A stretch of DNA of 64,000 bases from Rubripirellula sp. (GTDB taxonomy: Bacteria > Planctomycetota > Planctomycetia > Pirellulales > Pirellulaceae): the NCBI GenBank assembly GCA_965216875.1, contig OZ244207.1:6432001-6496000 (forward strand), read 5' to 3'. Within the stretch, counting starts at the first letter, position 1. Every line of letters starts with the position of its first letter. The position numbers and the translations under genes were made by a program. This document shows positions 8,476 through 18,780 of this stretch, piece by piece. A model generated the notes under the pieces. The model made no database searches. It had not been told where the DNA came from and saw only the letters and a program-made list of their open reading frames with translations.

Positions 8476-10869
8476 ATGACAACGATTCTTGGTTCCTCCG
8501 TTATCTCCATCTGTTTGTTCATCTTGGTGGGCATTCTGGTGGGACATTTGCTTTGGTATCGAGACAACAGCGAAGATGTGGAGCGGATCGAGGACCTCGA
8601 AACGAGGTATGAAAAAGCGCGCGCCGCGGTGGCCAATCGTAAAGCTGAAGTGCAATCGCTCAATGAGCGTGTTGAAGAACTCGAGCAGCTGGCGCAGCGA
8701 TACCAAAACGATGTCATCACCTTCAAACAGGCGGATGCAGATTCGCGAATTCGTTTTGATGAAGAACACCGGCGCAGCGAATCACTCAAGCAACAATTGC
8801 AGCAAGCGCTAAGGACTCACTCGATCGAGCAGAAAGAGTCTCGTGAGCAACACGAAGCACTTGCCGAAATCAATCGGCACTTGCAGCGCGAAATGACGGG
8901 TCTTCGTGATGCCGTTGAATCGGAATCCAAAATCGATTTGCCGTTTGTCGACCAGTTGCAGGAGCGATTTGAAGCGGCCGCGATGGAACGCGATGAAGCC
9001 AAGCATGAATTGGCGCGAACCGTCGAAGATCTGACACAGCGCTGCAAAGACCTTGATGTCTTGCGAGACGAGCATGATGTACTGGCGCGCGAGTTGGAAC
9101 AGACCGTCCAGCGGGCGACGCAACTCGAAGCGGAGCTATCGCAAGCAGCCGAGACGCAAGTCGAGCAGCACTCGCTTGATCGTGAACTTGAGCTTGCCGG
9201 CGAAACGCTTTCGCAACAGCAGCAGATGATCGATGATCGCGAGCACGAGCTTGAACAAACCGCTTCGGCGTTGACGGATTACAAAATCCGCGTTGACCAG
9301 GCGCATGATCATCAACTGAAACTGGAAGAGATGATCGCGGCTTTGCAGCACCGAGTTTCGCAGCGTGACGAAGCGGTGTTGCAGTTACAAGGTGAAGTGG
9401 ATTCGGCGCGCAGCGAGGTTGAGGCTGCCCGCTCCGAAGCGGAATCTGCAAAAGCGGAGGCTGAGTCGGCGCGTTCCGAGGTGGTGTCGGCACGATCGGA
9501 CGCTGAGACGGCGATGGCCGAAATCGAATCGGCACGGACGGAAGTCGAGACGGTGCGTCAGGAAAACGCTCAAGCGTCCACCATGACGGCGACCAAAGAT
9601 GCCGAGATTGGAGAATTACGCGAGCTCGTCGATTCGCTCGTTCCCCTTCGTGCTGAGTTGGTCGACTCGCACCTCGAAGTCGCTCAACTTCGCATCGACA
9701 ACGAACGCCATCTGGAACGGATCGATCACCTCAAGTACCGACTCGACGAAGTCGAAAATGAAGGCGAAAAGAACAACGAAACCGTCGATCAGCAGCTTGA
9801 GGCGATTCATCGACTGACCACAGAGATTCAGCAGCACAGGGAAACCATCGAAACGCTCGAGCGTCAGGTGGCCGACCAGGACAGTACGCTGAGCCAACAA
9901 CGCGCGGTCGTCGAGCAGCGTGATCGCTCGATCGCCGACCGGCAAAACCAACTCCAACAACAACACGAAACGATTCAGTCTCAACAAGCCGTCATCGCTC
10001 AATATGAATCGGACCTAACGCAGTTGCGACAGGATTCGGCCAACCATACGAATCAAGCCGAGCAGCTTCGGCAGGAGCTTGACGCGTGCGGAGCGGCTCG
10101 TCGTGGATTGACGAACGAAGTCGAGACGTTGCGTACGGCTTTGCAGTCACATGAAACGTTGCAGACGGAACATTCCGAAACGACCGAACGCCTCTCCGAA
10201 GCCACATCGCTTTGTGTCCAGTTGAGGGGCCGACTCGAAGATGCGGACGAAGAACTTGCGCTTCTGCAGCAACAAAACCAACAACACGTTTCGCTCATCG
10301 ACGATCAATCGAAACAGATCAACAACCTGACGAGTGACCTACGGCTTTTCGAAGCTGCCAAGCTGGAACTCGAGACGTCGACTCAACAGCTCAACGAAGC
10401 TCGCGCCGAATCGGACGATCTTCGTGATTCGATCCGCCAACTTGAAATGTCGATGACGTCGTTGCAGGATCAGTCGGAAGGTCACAGCACGACGATCCAG
10501 CAGCTGCGCGGTGAACTTGAGAACAAAGATCGACGCTACAGAGAAGCGGTTGAGCGGCATGGACGCACCGAGCAAAAGTTGCAGCAACAGTCGGCAAAGG
10601 TCGACGACTTGACCAAGCAGCTTGCGAATGTGGAAGGAACGGGCGCGCAGCTCGAGTCGCATCGGAAACAACTCGCCGAGCTCAAACAACACCTACAGCG
10701 AGTCGCGGCCGAACATCAGGGAAGCCTGACTGAGAACGAAAAGGCTCAATCGAGAATTCGAGAACTCGAAGGCGAATTGCACCGGCAAGCCGACGAGATT
10801 CGAGAGTTGCGCCGCCGCTGTGGTTCCATCGACGGACTCGATGACGAAGACGATCGCCAAGCGGCGTAG
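8476..10869 (+). CDS. membrane-anchored very long coiled-coil protein
   Basis: ORF 8455..10869. N-terminal TM helix, then about 760 aa of E/Q/L/R-rich heptads. No Walker A motif, so not a true SMC. Confidence 0.85.
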   Translation: MTTILGSSVISICLFILVGILVGHLLWYRDNSEDVERIEDLETRYEKARAAVANRKAEVQSLNERVEELEQLAQRYQNDVITFKQADADSRIRFDEEHRRSESLKQQLQQALRTHSIEQKESREQHEALAEINRHLQREMTGLRDAVESESKIDLPFVDQLQERFEAAAMERDEAKHELARTVEDLTQRCKDLDVLRDEHDVLARELEQTVQRATQLEAELSQAAETQVEQHSLDRELELAGETLSQQQQMIDDREHELEQTASALTDYKIRVDQAHDHQLKLEEMIAALQHRVSQRDEAVLQLQGEVDSARSEVEAARSEAESAKAEAESARSEVVSARSDAETAMAEIESARTEVETVRQENAQASTMTATKDAEIGELRELVDSLVPLRAELVDSHLEVAQLRIDNERHLERIDHLKYRLDEVENEGEKNNETVDQQLEAIHRLTTEIQQHRETIETLERQVADQDSTLSQQRAVVEQRDRSIADRQNQLQQQHETIQSQQAVIAQYESDLTQLRQDSANHTNQAEQLRQELDACGAARRGLTNEVETLRTALQSHETLQTEHSETTERLSEATSLCVQLRGRLEDADEELALLQQQNQQHVSLIDDQSKQINNLTSDLRLFEAAKLELETSTQQLNEARAESDDLRDSIRQLEMSMTSLQDQSEGHSTTIQQLRGELENKDRRYREAVERHGRTEQKLQQQSAKVDDLTKQLANVEGTGAQLESHRKQLAELKQHLQRVAAEHQGSLTENEKAQSRIRELEGELHRQADEIRELRRRCGSIDGLDDEDDRQAA

Positions 10870-10884
10870 TCTTGCCGCTCACCA

Positions 10885-10911
10885 GTGAGCCGAACTCGCT
10901 AGCGTCGAGCC
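10885..10911. repeat. short palindromic repeat family E (GAGCCGAAC-CGCTAGCG-TCGGGCC)
   Basis: Near-identical copies at 40100-40126 and 60012-60035. Confidence 0.7.
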
Positions 10912-10942
10912 CAATACTCTTTGACGCGTCATGCGAACGCTC

Positions 10943-11085
10943 GTCATGCGGAGCATGACCTACGAAGAGGACGCGGAGCGTCCGAAGAGTGCGTTCCCAC
11001 GCGGAGCGTGGGAACAAGGCGGGCGGACGCTACTTTCGCGGAGCGAAAGGCGACATTCAACCCAGGAGCGTGGGAACAAGGCGGA
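10943..11085. repeat. REP-like composite hairpin repeat family B (GCGGAGC core)
   Basis: gtcatgcggagcatgac, gacgcggagcgtc, gttcccacgcggagcgtgggaac, tttcgcggagcgaaa. The first ~75 bp recur at 51648-51723. Confidence 0.85.
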
Positions 11086-11091
11086 CCCTGG

Positions 11092-12015
11092 TCAGTTCAG
11101 GTCGGGATGGGGCATTGGGGGCGTCAATTTCAGTGAGAGCTCCCACGGCTTGGCCGCCTCTCCGTGACCCGATGCCTTTAGCTTTTCGATCATCGCGACC
11201 GTTGGGCCGACCCGCAGCACCATCGGCAATTCGGCAAGACTGGTTTGCCATTGCGACATCTGGTCCATGACGTCGGGTGGCGCAGTTGCTCGCCAGAGAT
11301 TGGCGACAGCGAGTTTCGCAATGAGAGGACGCTCGTTCTGGTTGGCCAACTTCTCAAGGATCGCGGTTGCTTTGGCCCGGTCAGCGCTCGGAAGCAACCA
11401 ACTGGCAGCGACCAGTTGAACGGCAGGCGATCCGCTGGTCAGACGCTCGCGCGCTGCATCGAGGTCACTGACAGAAATCCGATCACTTCGCCTCGCGCCG
11501 CTGCGCCATGCAATCGGCAGCATGCCGACGGTGATCGGTGGCAGTGGTCGTCGGTCAAGTTGGGCAACCAGCTCGAGAGCCACTGCGCCGCGGCCACTTC
11601 GCAACGCGGCTTGAGCTGCGAGCATCGATAACCATTGTTGACGCCAAATCGGAGGGCGTTCGGACAGGACATCCAACAGGGGGCGCAGCGAGTCGGCATA
11701 CTTGCCTTGCGTGAATTGTTCGGTAGCAGCCTTTTCGTTTTCGGATCTCGACCCAACTTGAAACCACAACACCCGATGAGACGGGATCAGCGACTCCGCC
11801 TCGTCGCCAGCCATGAACACGCGCAAGTGTTTGTCATTGAGATCGACAATGGTCCCCAGCTTGACTTTGATCGACTTTGGAAACCAATCGCTTTCGTTTT
11901 GGGTTGGCGGTGTTGGTTCCAGCCAGATTCGATCGAGCTCTTTCGAGTCCGATTGGGCCCACGCGGGCGCCGCCAAAGCGAGGCAACACAAAACCCCTGT
12001 CAACAAACGCAACAT
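11092..12015 (-). CDS. secreted hypothetical protein, alpha-helical (TPR-like)
   Basis: Signal peptide MLRLLTGVLCCLALAAPAWA; tightly coupled to the upstream VWA gene. Confidence 0.8.
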   Translation of the reverse strand: MLRLLTGVLCCLALAAPAWAQSDSKELDRIWLEPTPPTQNESDWFPKSIKVKLGTIVDLNDKHLRVFMAGDEAESLIPSHRVLWFQVGSRSENEKAATEQFTQGKYADSLRPLLDVLSERPPIWRQQWLSMLAAQAALRSGRGAVALELVAQLDRRPLPPITVGMLPIAWRSGARRSDRISVSDLDAARERLTSGSPAVQLVAASWLLPSADRAKATAILEKLANQNERPLIAKLAVANLWRATAPPDVMDQMSQWQTSLAELPMVLRVGPTVAMIEKLKASGHGEAAKPWELSLKLTPPMPHPDLN

Positions 12016-12017
12016 CG

Positions 12018-13115
12018 TTATTGGGATTCCTTGTTGTCGTCGGCCGTCGGGCGACCAAATGCGTTGAGTCGGCGGACATCGACGTATTGGTATTGGCCCT
12101 GATTCATGGCCGCCAGGTCTCGCAAGAAACTATCCAGAGGGGCCGCCGGCTCAGTACCGAATTCGATCGCGTGAATCGTTGCCCCGGCGCGTTCGGCGAG
12201 TCCTCGGATCTCTTGAAGCTCGACCGTCGACAGTCGTGGAATCCTGGCGTCGGTCAAAAAGAAGATCACGTCGGGACCCATTCGAAGGGCTAACTTGAGG
12301 GCCGAGGCATGCTTGGTTCCGCCAAAGGCTGATACCGAATTCACGTACCGTTGTGCACGGACGACCATGATTTCTTCGGCGGGAATCATCTGCAGGGGCA
12401 TGTCGCCAGGCCGAAACGGCGTGGGTTTGTCGTTGTAGAAGACGATTTGAAAACGTTGTCGTTCGGACAGCGTTGCCAAGCTCCGCTGCAATTCCGATTT
12501 GGCGGCTCGCAGTGGCTTGCCATCAAAACCATTCATGCTGTCGGAACGGTCGAAGACATAGACGAAACGGGATCCGCTGCCCGACACCCCAAAGACCGTG
12601 GTCGTGGTTTTGCTCGGGTCAGCAGAGTCGGAATTGCCACGATCGCTTCCAAAAGCGTCGCCATCGAGGTTGGTCTGACCGGCGACTCCCGTGCCCGATT
12701 TCGGGTTGGGCGTCGATTCCATCGCCTTCAAGACGCCGGCCAAATCGATGGGAGGCGACAGGTCAGCTGGGGGAGCCGCGGCCGCCGCAGCGGATGCGGA
12801 AGCCGAATTCTCGGATTGAGTCTGATCGGGGTTGGGCAGATCCGCGGCGTCGACGTATTTGTCCCGATCGGGCAGTCGGTGGACCATCGCGATGCCGACC
12901 GGACGCCCGATTTCCTCGCCCGTTCCCTTGGGAATTCGGGACCAGACCAAGCCGATGGCGGTCAGCAGGATCACGTGCATTGCCAGCGAAAGCAGCAGTG
13001 CCGGGGTGGTTCGCTGGGGCAGGTGCATTTCGACCCCTTCCCCGGCTTTCAAGTCGCCGGAATCGGGACCGCGGGGCGGTTGGCGAGTCGGCTGGGGGGA
13101 GGCTTGCTTTGTCAC
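12018..13115 (-). CDS. membrane-anchored VWA-domain protein
   Basis: TM segment SLAMHVILL. MIDAS motif FVYVFDRSDSM, GGT, FFLTDA, IHAIEFG. Confidence 0.85.
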   Translation of the reverse strand: MTKQASPQPTRQPPRGPDSGDLKAGEGVEMHLPQRTTPALLLSLAMHVILLTAIGLVWSRIPKGTGEEIGRPVGIAMVHRLPDRDKYVDAADLPNPDQTQSENSASASAAAAAAPPADLSPPIDLAGVLKAMESTPNPKSGTGVAGQTNLDGDAFGSDRGNSDSADPSKTTTTVFGVSGSGSRFVYVFDRSDSMNGFDGKPLRAAKSELQRSLATLSERQRFQIVFYNDKPTPFRPGDMPLQMIPAEEIMVVRAQRYVNSVSAFGGTKHASALKLALRMGPDVIFFLTDARIPRLSTVELQEIRGLAERAGATIHAIEFGTEPAAPLDSFLRDLAAMNQGQYQYVDVRRLNAFGRPTADDNKESQ

Positions 13116-13237
13116 GCTAGCGGCCCAAAAGGGTTCACGCGAAGTGCCCCAAATGGCTAGGCGCTTCTCAGAAAGGTCTTTGCCAAGTAATTTAATGCCA
13201 AACTCATTTTAGCAAACCTATCTCGGAGAGAGCCCTC

Positions 13238-14413
13238 GTGAGCAACGCTCGTTACCTCTTTACCAGCGAATCGGTCAGCATGGGACATCCCGACAAGCTT
13301 GCCGATCGAATTTCTGACGGCATCTTGGACGCGTTGCTCGAGCAAGATCCCCAAAGCCGTGTTGCTTGCGAAACCATGGTCACCACCGGGATCGCCGTCA
13401 TCGCTGGCGAAATCTCGACCAAGGCCAAGGTCAACTACTCGGACGTCGTCCGCGAAGTGATCAATGAAGTCGGGTACACCGACGACGAGATGGGAATCTG
13501 TGGCGACACCTGTGCCGTCATGGTTTCACTCGACACGCAAAGCCCCGACATCGCACAAGGCGTCAACTCGGACGACAGTGCTGGAAAAGACATCGGTGCT
13601 GGCGACCAAGGCTTGATGTTTGGCTACGCCTGCAAAGACACTCCAGAATTGATGCCGTTGCCGATCGCTCTTTCGCATCGCATCATCAATCGCATTACCG
13701 AAGCACGCTTCAACAAAGAAGTGGAATGGCTTCGTCCTGACAACAAAAGCCAAGTGACGGTCGAATACGAAGGCAACACGCCAGTTCGAATCGACACCGT
13801 TGTCGTCAGTGCTCAGCATGGACCTGACGTCAGCAACGACGAGATCCGAGACTTCATCATCAATAAGGTGATCTTGCCTTCGATCCCAGCGGAATTGAAC
13901 AAGGGCGACATCAAGTATCACATCAACCCAACCGGCAAGTTCGTTGTGGGTGGTCCTCACGGCGACTGTGGTTTGACTGGTCGAAAGATCATCGTCGACA
14001 CCTACGGCGGATGGGGCCGACATGGCGGCGGTGCTTTCAGCGGCAAGGACTCAACCAAGGTTGACCGCAGTGCAGCCTACATGGCTCGATACGTTGCCAA
14101 GAACATCGTTGCATCTGGTTTGGCCGATCGCTGCGAAGTTCAACTTGCTTACGCAATCGGTGTGACCGAGCCTGTCAGCGTTCATGTTGATACCGAAGGG
14201 ACCGGCAAGATCGACGATGCTCGACTTTGCGAACTCGTTCGCGAGCACTTCCCATTAACCCCAGCGGGAATCATCGAGCACCTTGAGTTGCGTCGTCCTG
14301 TGTTCCGAGCAACCACCGCCGGTGGCCACTTCGGTCGCGACGAGTTCTCTTGGGAAAAGACAGACAAGGCCGAAGCCCTCGCTGCAGCAGCAAGCGAAGC
14401 GGCAACCGCTTAG
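13238..14413 (+). CDS. metK: S-adenosylmethionine synthetase
   Basis: [48 protein letters not shown]. Confidence 0.99.
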   Translation: MSNARYLFTSESVSMGHPDKLADRISDGILDALLEQDPQSRVACETMVTTGIAVIAGEISTKAKVNYSDVVREVINEVGYTDDEMGICGDTCAVMVSLDTQSPDIAQGVNSDDSAGKDIGAGDQGLMFGYACKDTPELMPLPIALSHRIINRITEARFNKEVEWLRPDNKSQVTVEYEGNTPVRIDTVVVSAQHGPDVSNDEIRDFIINKVILPSIPAELNKGDIKYHINPTGKFVVGGPHGDCGLTGRKIIVDTYGGWGRHGGGAFSGKDSTKVDRSAAYMARYVAKNIVASGLADRCEVQLAYAIGVTEPVSVHVDTEGTGKIDDARLCELVREHFPLTPAGIIEHLELRRPVFRATTAGGHFGRDEFSWEKTDKAEALAAAASEAATA

Positions 14414-14417
14414 TTTG

Positions 14418-14607
14418 GTTTGTCGTCCCGCGCTTAGCCGGAAGGTCTGAAGATTCCGGCTAAGGCTCGGTACTACGAACGTCCCGGCATACCTTGTTCC
14501 CACGGTCCCCGTGGGAACAGGCTCTTTGCCGCTCCGCGGCACGGTTCGTGGTGCCGCGTTCAGGCGGAAGGGCCTGAGGATTCCGGCCCAAGCTCGCTAC
14601 TGCGAAC
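14418..14607. repeat. REP-like repeat family C (GTAGTACCGAGC-TTAGCCGGAA...), two copies plus a GTTCCCAC/GTGGGAAC hairpin
   Basis: Reverse complement of 14418-14480 matches 18677-18747 and 60045-60110; second degenerate copy at about 14544-14607. Confidence 0.8.
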
Positions 14608-14616
14608 GACTCCGGA

Positions 14617-17142
14617 TTAGACGTCCAGGTTTCGAACGTCGAGCGCGTGCTTTTCGATGAACTCACGACGCGGTTCCACCTTGTCGCCCATCAACAGGCG
14701 GAACATCTCGTCCGCCGCACCGGCGTCAGTCAAATTGACTTTAACCAGCGTTCGGTTTTCGGGATCGAGTGTCGTCTCGCGAAGTTCCTCGGCGTTCATT
14801 TCGCCAAGACCTTTAAAGCGAGTGATCGTCAGCCCTTTTTCACCAGCGGCTCGGACTTCGGGAAGCAGGCCGCGAAGGTCGTCGAGCGGACGACGAATGT
14901 CTTCGCCGCGAACGAGTTCGAACCGAGCCGTGGTGGATCCCGTTCGGTCGGCTGGGATCAGGTCGTCGATGTTGAACCCAAGCGGGTCGAGGTCTTTCAG
15001 TCCACTGTTGATCGTGCGGACTTCATGAAGCTCGGCCAAGTGAGCCAGGTTGCGTTCGACCACTTCCTCGGACGAATCTGCTGAGGCTTCGGTTGCCTCA
15101 TCTTCTTCGTCATCGTCTTCCTCGTTGTCGAGGCTGAGGTTGTGCTCGTTGAGGTGACGTTCGACTTCTTCTTGGGTGTGGAACCAATTCTCCTCGTTTC
15201 CGTGGGTGACCAGCAGAGCGGGCAACTTACCGGAAACGGGGTCGAGCCGTTGAGCGTGGGCACGCAGGCTGAAACCGTGTTGTTCGAGAGCCAGGATCGC
15301 GTCTTCCATTGTCGCCAAAGCGGTGCAGAGCGCTTTCATCTGGTCGCCTTCAACGCGGCGACCATCTTCGGCCTCGAACACGGTGTCCGACAAACCACGC
15401 TCGAGCAACTGGCTTTTCATTTCGCCATCGGTTTGAACGTAGTAGCGGCTCTTGCCGTGCGAAACACGGAACAGTGGCGGCTGGGCAACGTAGACGTGAC
15501 CACGCGCGACGAGTTCGTACATCTGCCGATAAAAGAAGCACAGCAGCAGCGTGCGAATGTGGCTACCGTCAACATCGGCGTCCGTCATGATGATGATCTT
15601 CTCGTAGCGACGCTTCGAGATGTCTTGATCGGGGCCGATACCGGTGCCGATCGCTTGGATCATCGACTTGACTTCTTCGTTGGCCAGTACCTTGTCTTCA
15701 CGCGCTTTGTACGCGTTGATGATCTTACCGCGAAGCGGCAGGATCGCTTGGTATTCCCGCATGCGACCACCTTCGGCCGATCCACCGGCCGAGTCACCTT
15801 CCACGAGGTACAGTTCGCACTCGTGCGAATTATTGCTGATGCAGTCGCGAAGTTTTCCAGGCAAACCGCCGCCGCCAAGTGCCGTCTTTTGCTTTCGCAG
15901 CAGGTCACGAGCTTTCCGGGCCGCCTCGCGCGCTTCCGAAGCGAGCATCCCTTTGCGTACGATCGCCTGGGCCGCTTTGGGGTTTTCTTCAAAGTACTTG
16001 GCAAGTTGCTCACCAACGCCGCCGCTGATGATGCCTTCGACTTCGTTGTTGCCAAGTTTCGTCTTGGTTTGCCCTTCGAATTGAGGCTCGGGAACGCGAA
16101 CGCTGATGACCGCCGTGATGCCTTCGCGAAAGTCGTCACCGGTGGGGGCGTGGTTTTTAAACAGGTTTTGCTGTTTGCCGTAGTTGTTTAGCGTGCGCGT
16201 GATCGCAGAGCGGAATCCAGAGACATGCGTTCCGCCTTCAATGGTGTGAATGTTGTTAACGTACGACTGGACGTTTTCGGTGAATTCGGTGCTGTACTGG
16301 AGCGCGATTTCGTACTGCGTTCCATCTTTTTCGCCGACGATTTGAATCACTTCGCCGTGCAGAGCGTCGCTGGCACGGTTGAGGTGTTCGACGAATTCGA
16401 TGATACCGCGTTCGTACTTGAAGTCGCCCCCTTCTCCGTTGCGTTCATCATGGAACTTGATGTGAACGCCACTGTTCAGGAACGCGAGTTCTTGAAGACG
16501 TTTGTAGAGCGTGTCAAAGCTGTACTTGGTCGTCGAGAAGATTTGCGCGTCGGCCTTGAAGGTTGTCTTCGTGCCGGTCTTTTTGGTGGCGCGACCACGG
16601 GCTACAGGGCTGGTCGGTTCACCACGTTGGTACTCTTGAGTCCAGGTGTATCCGTCGCGACTCACTTCGACTTCAGCCCATTGGCTGAGAAAGTTCACCA
16701 CGGTCACACCGACACCGTGCAGACCACCCGAAATGGCGTAGGCGTCTTTACCGAACTTGCCGCCAAACTTGAGCACGGTCATCACCCCTTCCAAGGTGCT
16801 GACTTCGCGATCGAACTCTTCCGAAAGCTGTTCGTGTTTGGTCACGGGAATCCCGCGACCGTCATCCTCGACCGTCACACTGCCATCGGTATGAACGGTG
16901 ACCGAGATGGTTTTGGCGAACTTGGCCATCGCTTCGTCGATCGAGTTGTCGACGACCTCGTAGACGAGGTGATGCAGACCACGCGCGGTGGTGTCACCGA
17001 TGTACATACTGGGCCGCTCACGGACGTGTTCGAGGTCCGAGAGGTGCGTGATGCTTTTGTCGGTGTAGTCGGATTGAGAGGCGCTTTCGGCAGCGGCGGG
17101 CGTACTGTCAGCGGTGGATTCTGAGTCAGGAAGTTCGCTCAT
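14617..17142 (-). CDS. gyrB: DNA gyrase subunit B
   Basis: EVVDNSIDE, SGGLHGVGV, EPQFEGQTK, VEGDSAGG, PLRGK, MTDADVDGSHI, RFKGLGEM. Confidence 0.97.
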   Translation of the reverse strand: MSELPDSESTADSTPAAAESASQSDYTDKSITHLSDLEHVRERPSMYIGDTTARGLHHLVYEVVDNSIDEAMAKFAKTISVTVHTDGSVTVEDDGRGIPVTKHEQLSEEFDREVSTLEGVMTVLKFGGKFGKDAYAISGGLHGVGVTVVNFLSQWAEVEVSRDGYTWTQEYQRGEPTSPVARGRATKKTGTKTTFKADAQIFSTTKYSFDTLYKRLQELAFLNSGVHIKFHDERNGEGGDFKYERGIIEFVEHLNRASDALHGEVIQIVGEKDGTQYEIALQYSTEFTENVQSYVNNIHTIEGGTHVSGFRSAITRTLNNYGKQQNLFKNHAPTGDDFREGITAVISVRVPEPQFEGQTKTKLGNNEVEGIISGGVGEQLAKYFEENPKAAQAIVRKGMLASEAREAARKARDLLRKQKTALGGGGLPGKLRDCISNNSHECELYLVEGDSAGGSAEGGRMREYQAILPLRGKIINAYKAREDKVLANEEVKSMIQAIGTGIGPDQDISKRRYEKIIIMTDADVDGSHIRTLLLCFFYRQMYELVARGHVYVAQPPLFRVSHGKSRYYVQTDGEMKSQLLERGLSDTVFEAEDGRRVEGDQMKALCTALATMEDAILALEQHGFSLRAHAQRLDPVSGKLPALLVTHGNEENWFHTQEEVERHLNEHNLSLDNEEDDDEEDEATEASADSSEEVVERNLAHLAELHEVRTINSGLKDLDPLGFNIDDLIPADRTGSTTARFELVRGEDIRRPLDDLRGLLPEVRAAGEKGLTITRFKGLGEMNAEELRETTLDPENRTLVKVNLTDAGAADEMFRLLMGDKVEPRREFIEKHALDVRNLDV

Positions 17143-17387
17143 GAAAGCCTGCGTTGTGGACCGGAAAGAGGACCAGAGAAATAGGGGGCTAATCGGGGTG
17201 GCTTGGGGGTGCTTTGTGGAAGCGGATCAGCCCAAGATGACAGCCCATTATTCTAACGGTTTTTGGCCCGTTTTGCGATGCCGGAAGCAGGTCTAGAAGA
17301 GGGCGAAAGAGGCGGTTTTTACGCCCTTTTTTGAGCCCCGGAAAAGAGCTTGGTTTTTGCCTCGGATTGCACTCCGATTTTGGCCGC

Positions 17388-17846
17388 TCAGGACTTGGGT
17401 AGGTACCGCTGATAGGCCGCCACAGCAAGCTCGTCGCAGCGTTCGTTTTCGAGGTGTCCGGAGTGTCCTTTGACGTGTTCAAAGTGGATCGTGTGGGTCT
17501 GCATCAGCTCGTCAAGCTGCTGCCACAGTTCGACGTTTTTCACTGGCACAAGCTTCTTGCCGTCGCGTCGTTTCCAACCCTTCTTCTTCCAGCCTTCCAT
17601 CCAGCTGTTCATCCCCTGCAGTACGTAGCTGCTGTCGGCGTACAGCGTCACTTCGCAGGGCTCACGCAGAGCCTCTAGTCCCTTGATCACCGCCATCAAC
17701 TCCATTCGGTTGTTGGTGGTGTCGGGGTCGCCATCGCTGCGTTCGAGTTCTTTGTCGGTTTGCGAGCAGCGAAGGATAAAGGCCCATCCACCGGGGCCTG
17801 GATTCCCGCTGCACGCACCGTCGGTAAAGAGGCTGACTTTCTTCAT
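17388..17846 (-). CDS. rnhA: ribonuclease HI
   Basis: [48 protein letters not shown]. Confidence 0.98.
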   Translation of the reverse strand: MKKVSLFTDGACSGNPGPGGWAFILRCSQTDKELERSDGDPDTTNNRMELMAVIKGLEALREPCEVTLYADSSYVLQGMNSWMEGWKKKGWKRRDGKKLVPVKNVELWQQLDELMQTHTIHFEHVKGHSGHLENERCDELAVAAYQRYLPKS

Positions 17847-17977
17847 ACCGGAAGGTTAAACAAATTCGCCAAATTCTTCGACCACCAAACGACCCACATT
17901 TGTTAGCCTCACAATAGGGTTTTTCGTACCGTGCCGGTGGCGTTCCGCCTGCCGTCTCATTGAAAGGACGAAAGTTG

Positions 17978-18649
17978 ATGCTGCGACAACTCACCCAAAT
18001 CAAGCTGGTGATCGTGTTTGCGTTCGTGCTTCAGCAAGACACCAGCGCCCAGTTGATCAACACGACGACACCGTTTCAAAACCTGAACTCGAGTTTCTAC
18101 GAATCGAATTCCATCGGATGGTCGTTGCGAGGTGATGGTTGGTTTGCCAACTTTGGTGGCGGCGCACCGATCCCATCCCCCTTTGGCGCGCCCGGAAATG
18201 GCGGCGGCCTCTCAGGAGGATTCGGATTCGGTGGTGGCGGTCTTTCCGGCGGGCTCGGTTTCAACTTTGCCCAAGGCAGTAGCCGTTCGATCAGCAGCTC
18301 GGCTGCTTCGGTCACCACGATGAACGGGATGCCAGGGTCAATCCAATCGGGAACGATCCGTCCCTTTGTCACTGGCGTCACGCCAATCGTAGGCGGCTAC
18401 CCAACGATTCCGGATACCGGCCAGGTGGCTGCAAACATCGGTGCGAATCAGTTGTCCGCGCTGCGGCGATCACAAGCAGCGCGCCAATCAAAGAAGCTCG
18501 ACGATTACTTACGGCGAGCCGAGCTTGGCGAAAAAGAAGGCAACAAGCGAATGGCTCGAGCAAACTATCGCAGTGCGATGGCACTTGCGCCGGAGCCGCT
18601 TCGTTCGCAGATCGCGATGCACATGCGAAAGATGCTAAGCAGCCGCTAG
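17978..18649 (+). CDS. secreted Gly-rich hypothetical protein
   Basis: ORF 17960..18649. Signal-peptide-like N-terminus, Gly/Phe-rich core, helical C-terminus. Confidence 0.8.
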   Translation: MLRQLTQIKLVIVFAFVLQQDTSAQLINTTTPFQNLNSSFYESNSIGWSLRGDGWFANFGGGAPIPSPFGAPGNGGGLSGGFGFGGGGLSGGLGFNFAQGSSRSISSSAASVTTMNGMPGSIQSGTIRPFVTGVTPIVGGYPTIPDTGQVAANIGANQLSALRRSQAARQSKKLDDYLRRAELGEKEGNKRMARANYRSAMALAPEPLRSQIAMHMRKMLSSR

Positions 18650-18676
18650 GTGGTGGTGGTTTCTGAGGCCACCCGC

Positions 18677-18747
18677 TCGTAGTACCGAGCTTTAGCCGGA
18701 ATCTTCTTCGGGCTCTTCCGCCTAAAGGCGGGACTACAAACGGCGCT
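18677..18747. repeat. REP-like repeat family C copy
   Basis: tcgtagtaccgagctttagccggaatc...ccgcctaaaggcgggactacaaacgg, nearly identical to 60045-60110. Confidence 0.85.
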
Positions 18748-18780
18748 GACCAAGCGAGAGACGATCCTCGCGCGTCGATC

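Noticed and set aside
8455..10869. SMC or chromosome partition ATPase
   Set aside because: No Walker A/B or hinge motifs; only coiled coil plus a TM anchor.
13116..13237. SAM riboswitch upstream of metK
   Set aside because: Short divergent promoter region with no recognisable SAM-I/II consensus.
15142..17124. Long plus-strand ORFs opposite gyrB (and similar ones opposite glmS, metK and the kinases)
   Set aside because: Typical antisense shadow frames of codon-biased GC-rich genes.
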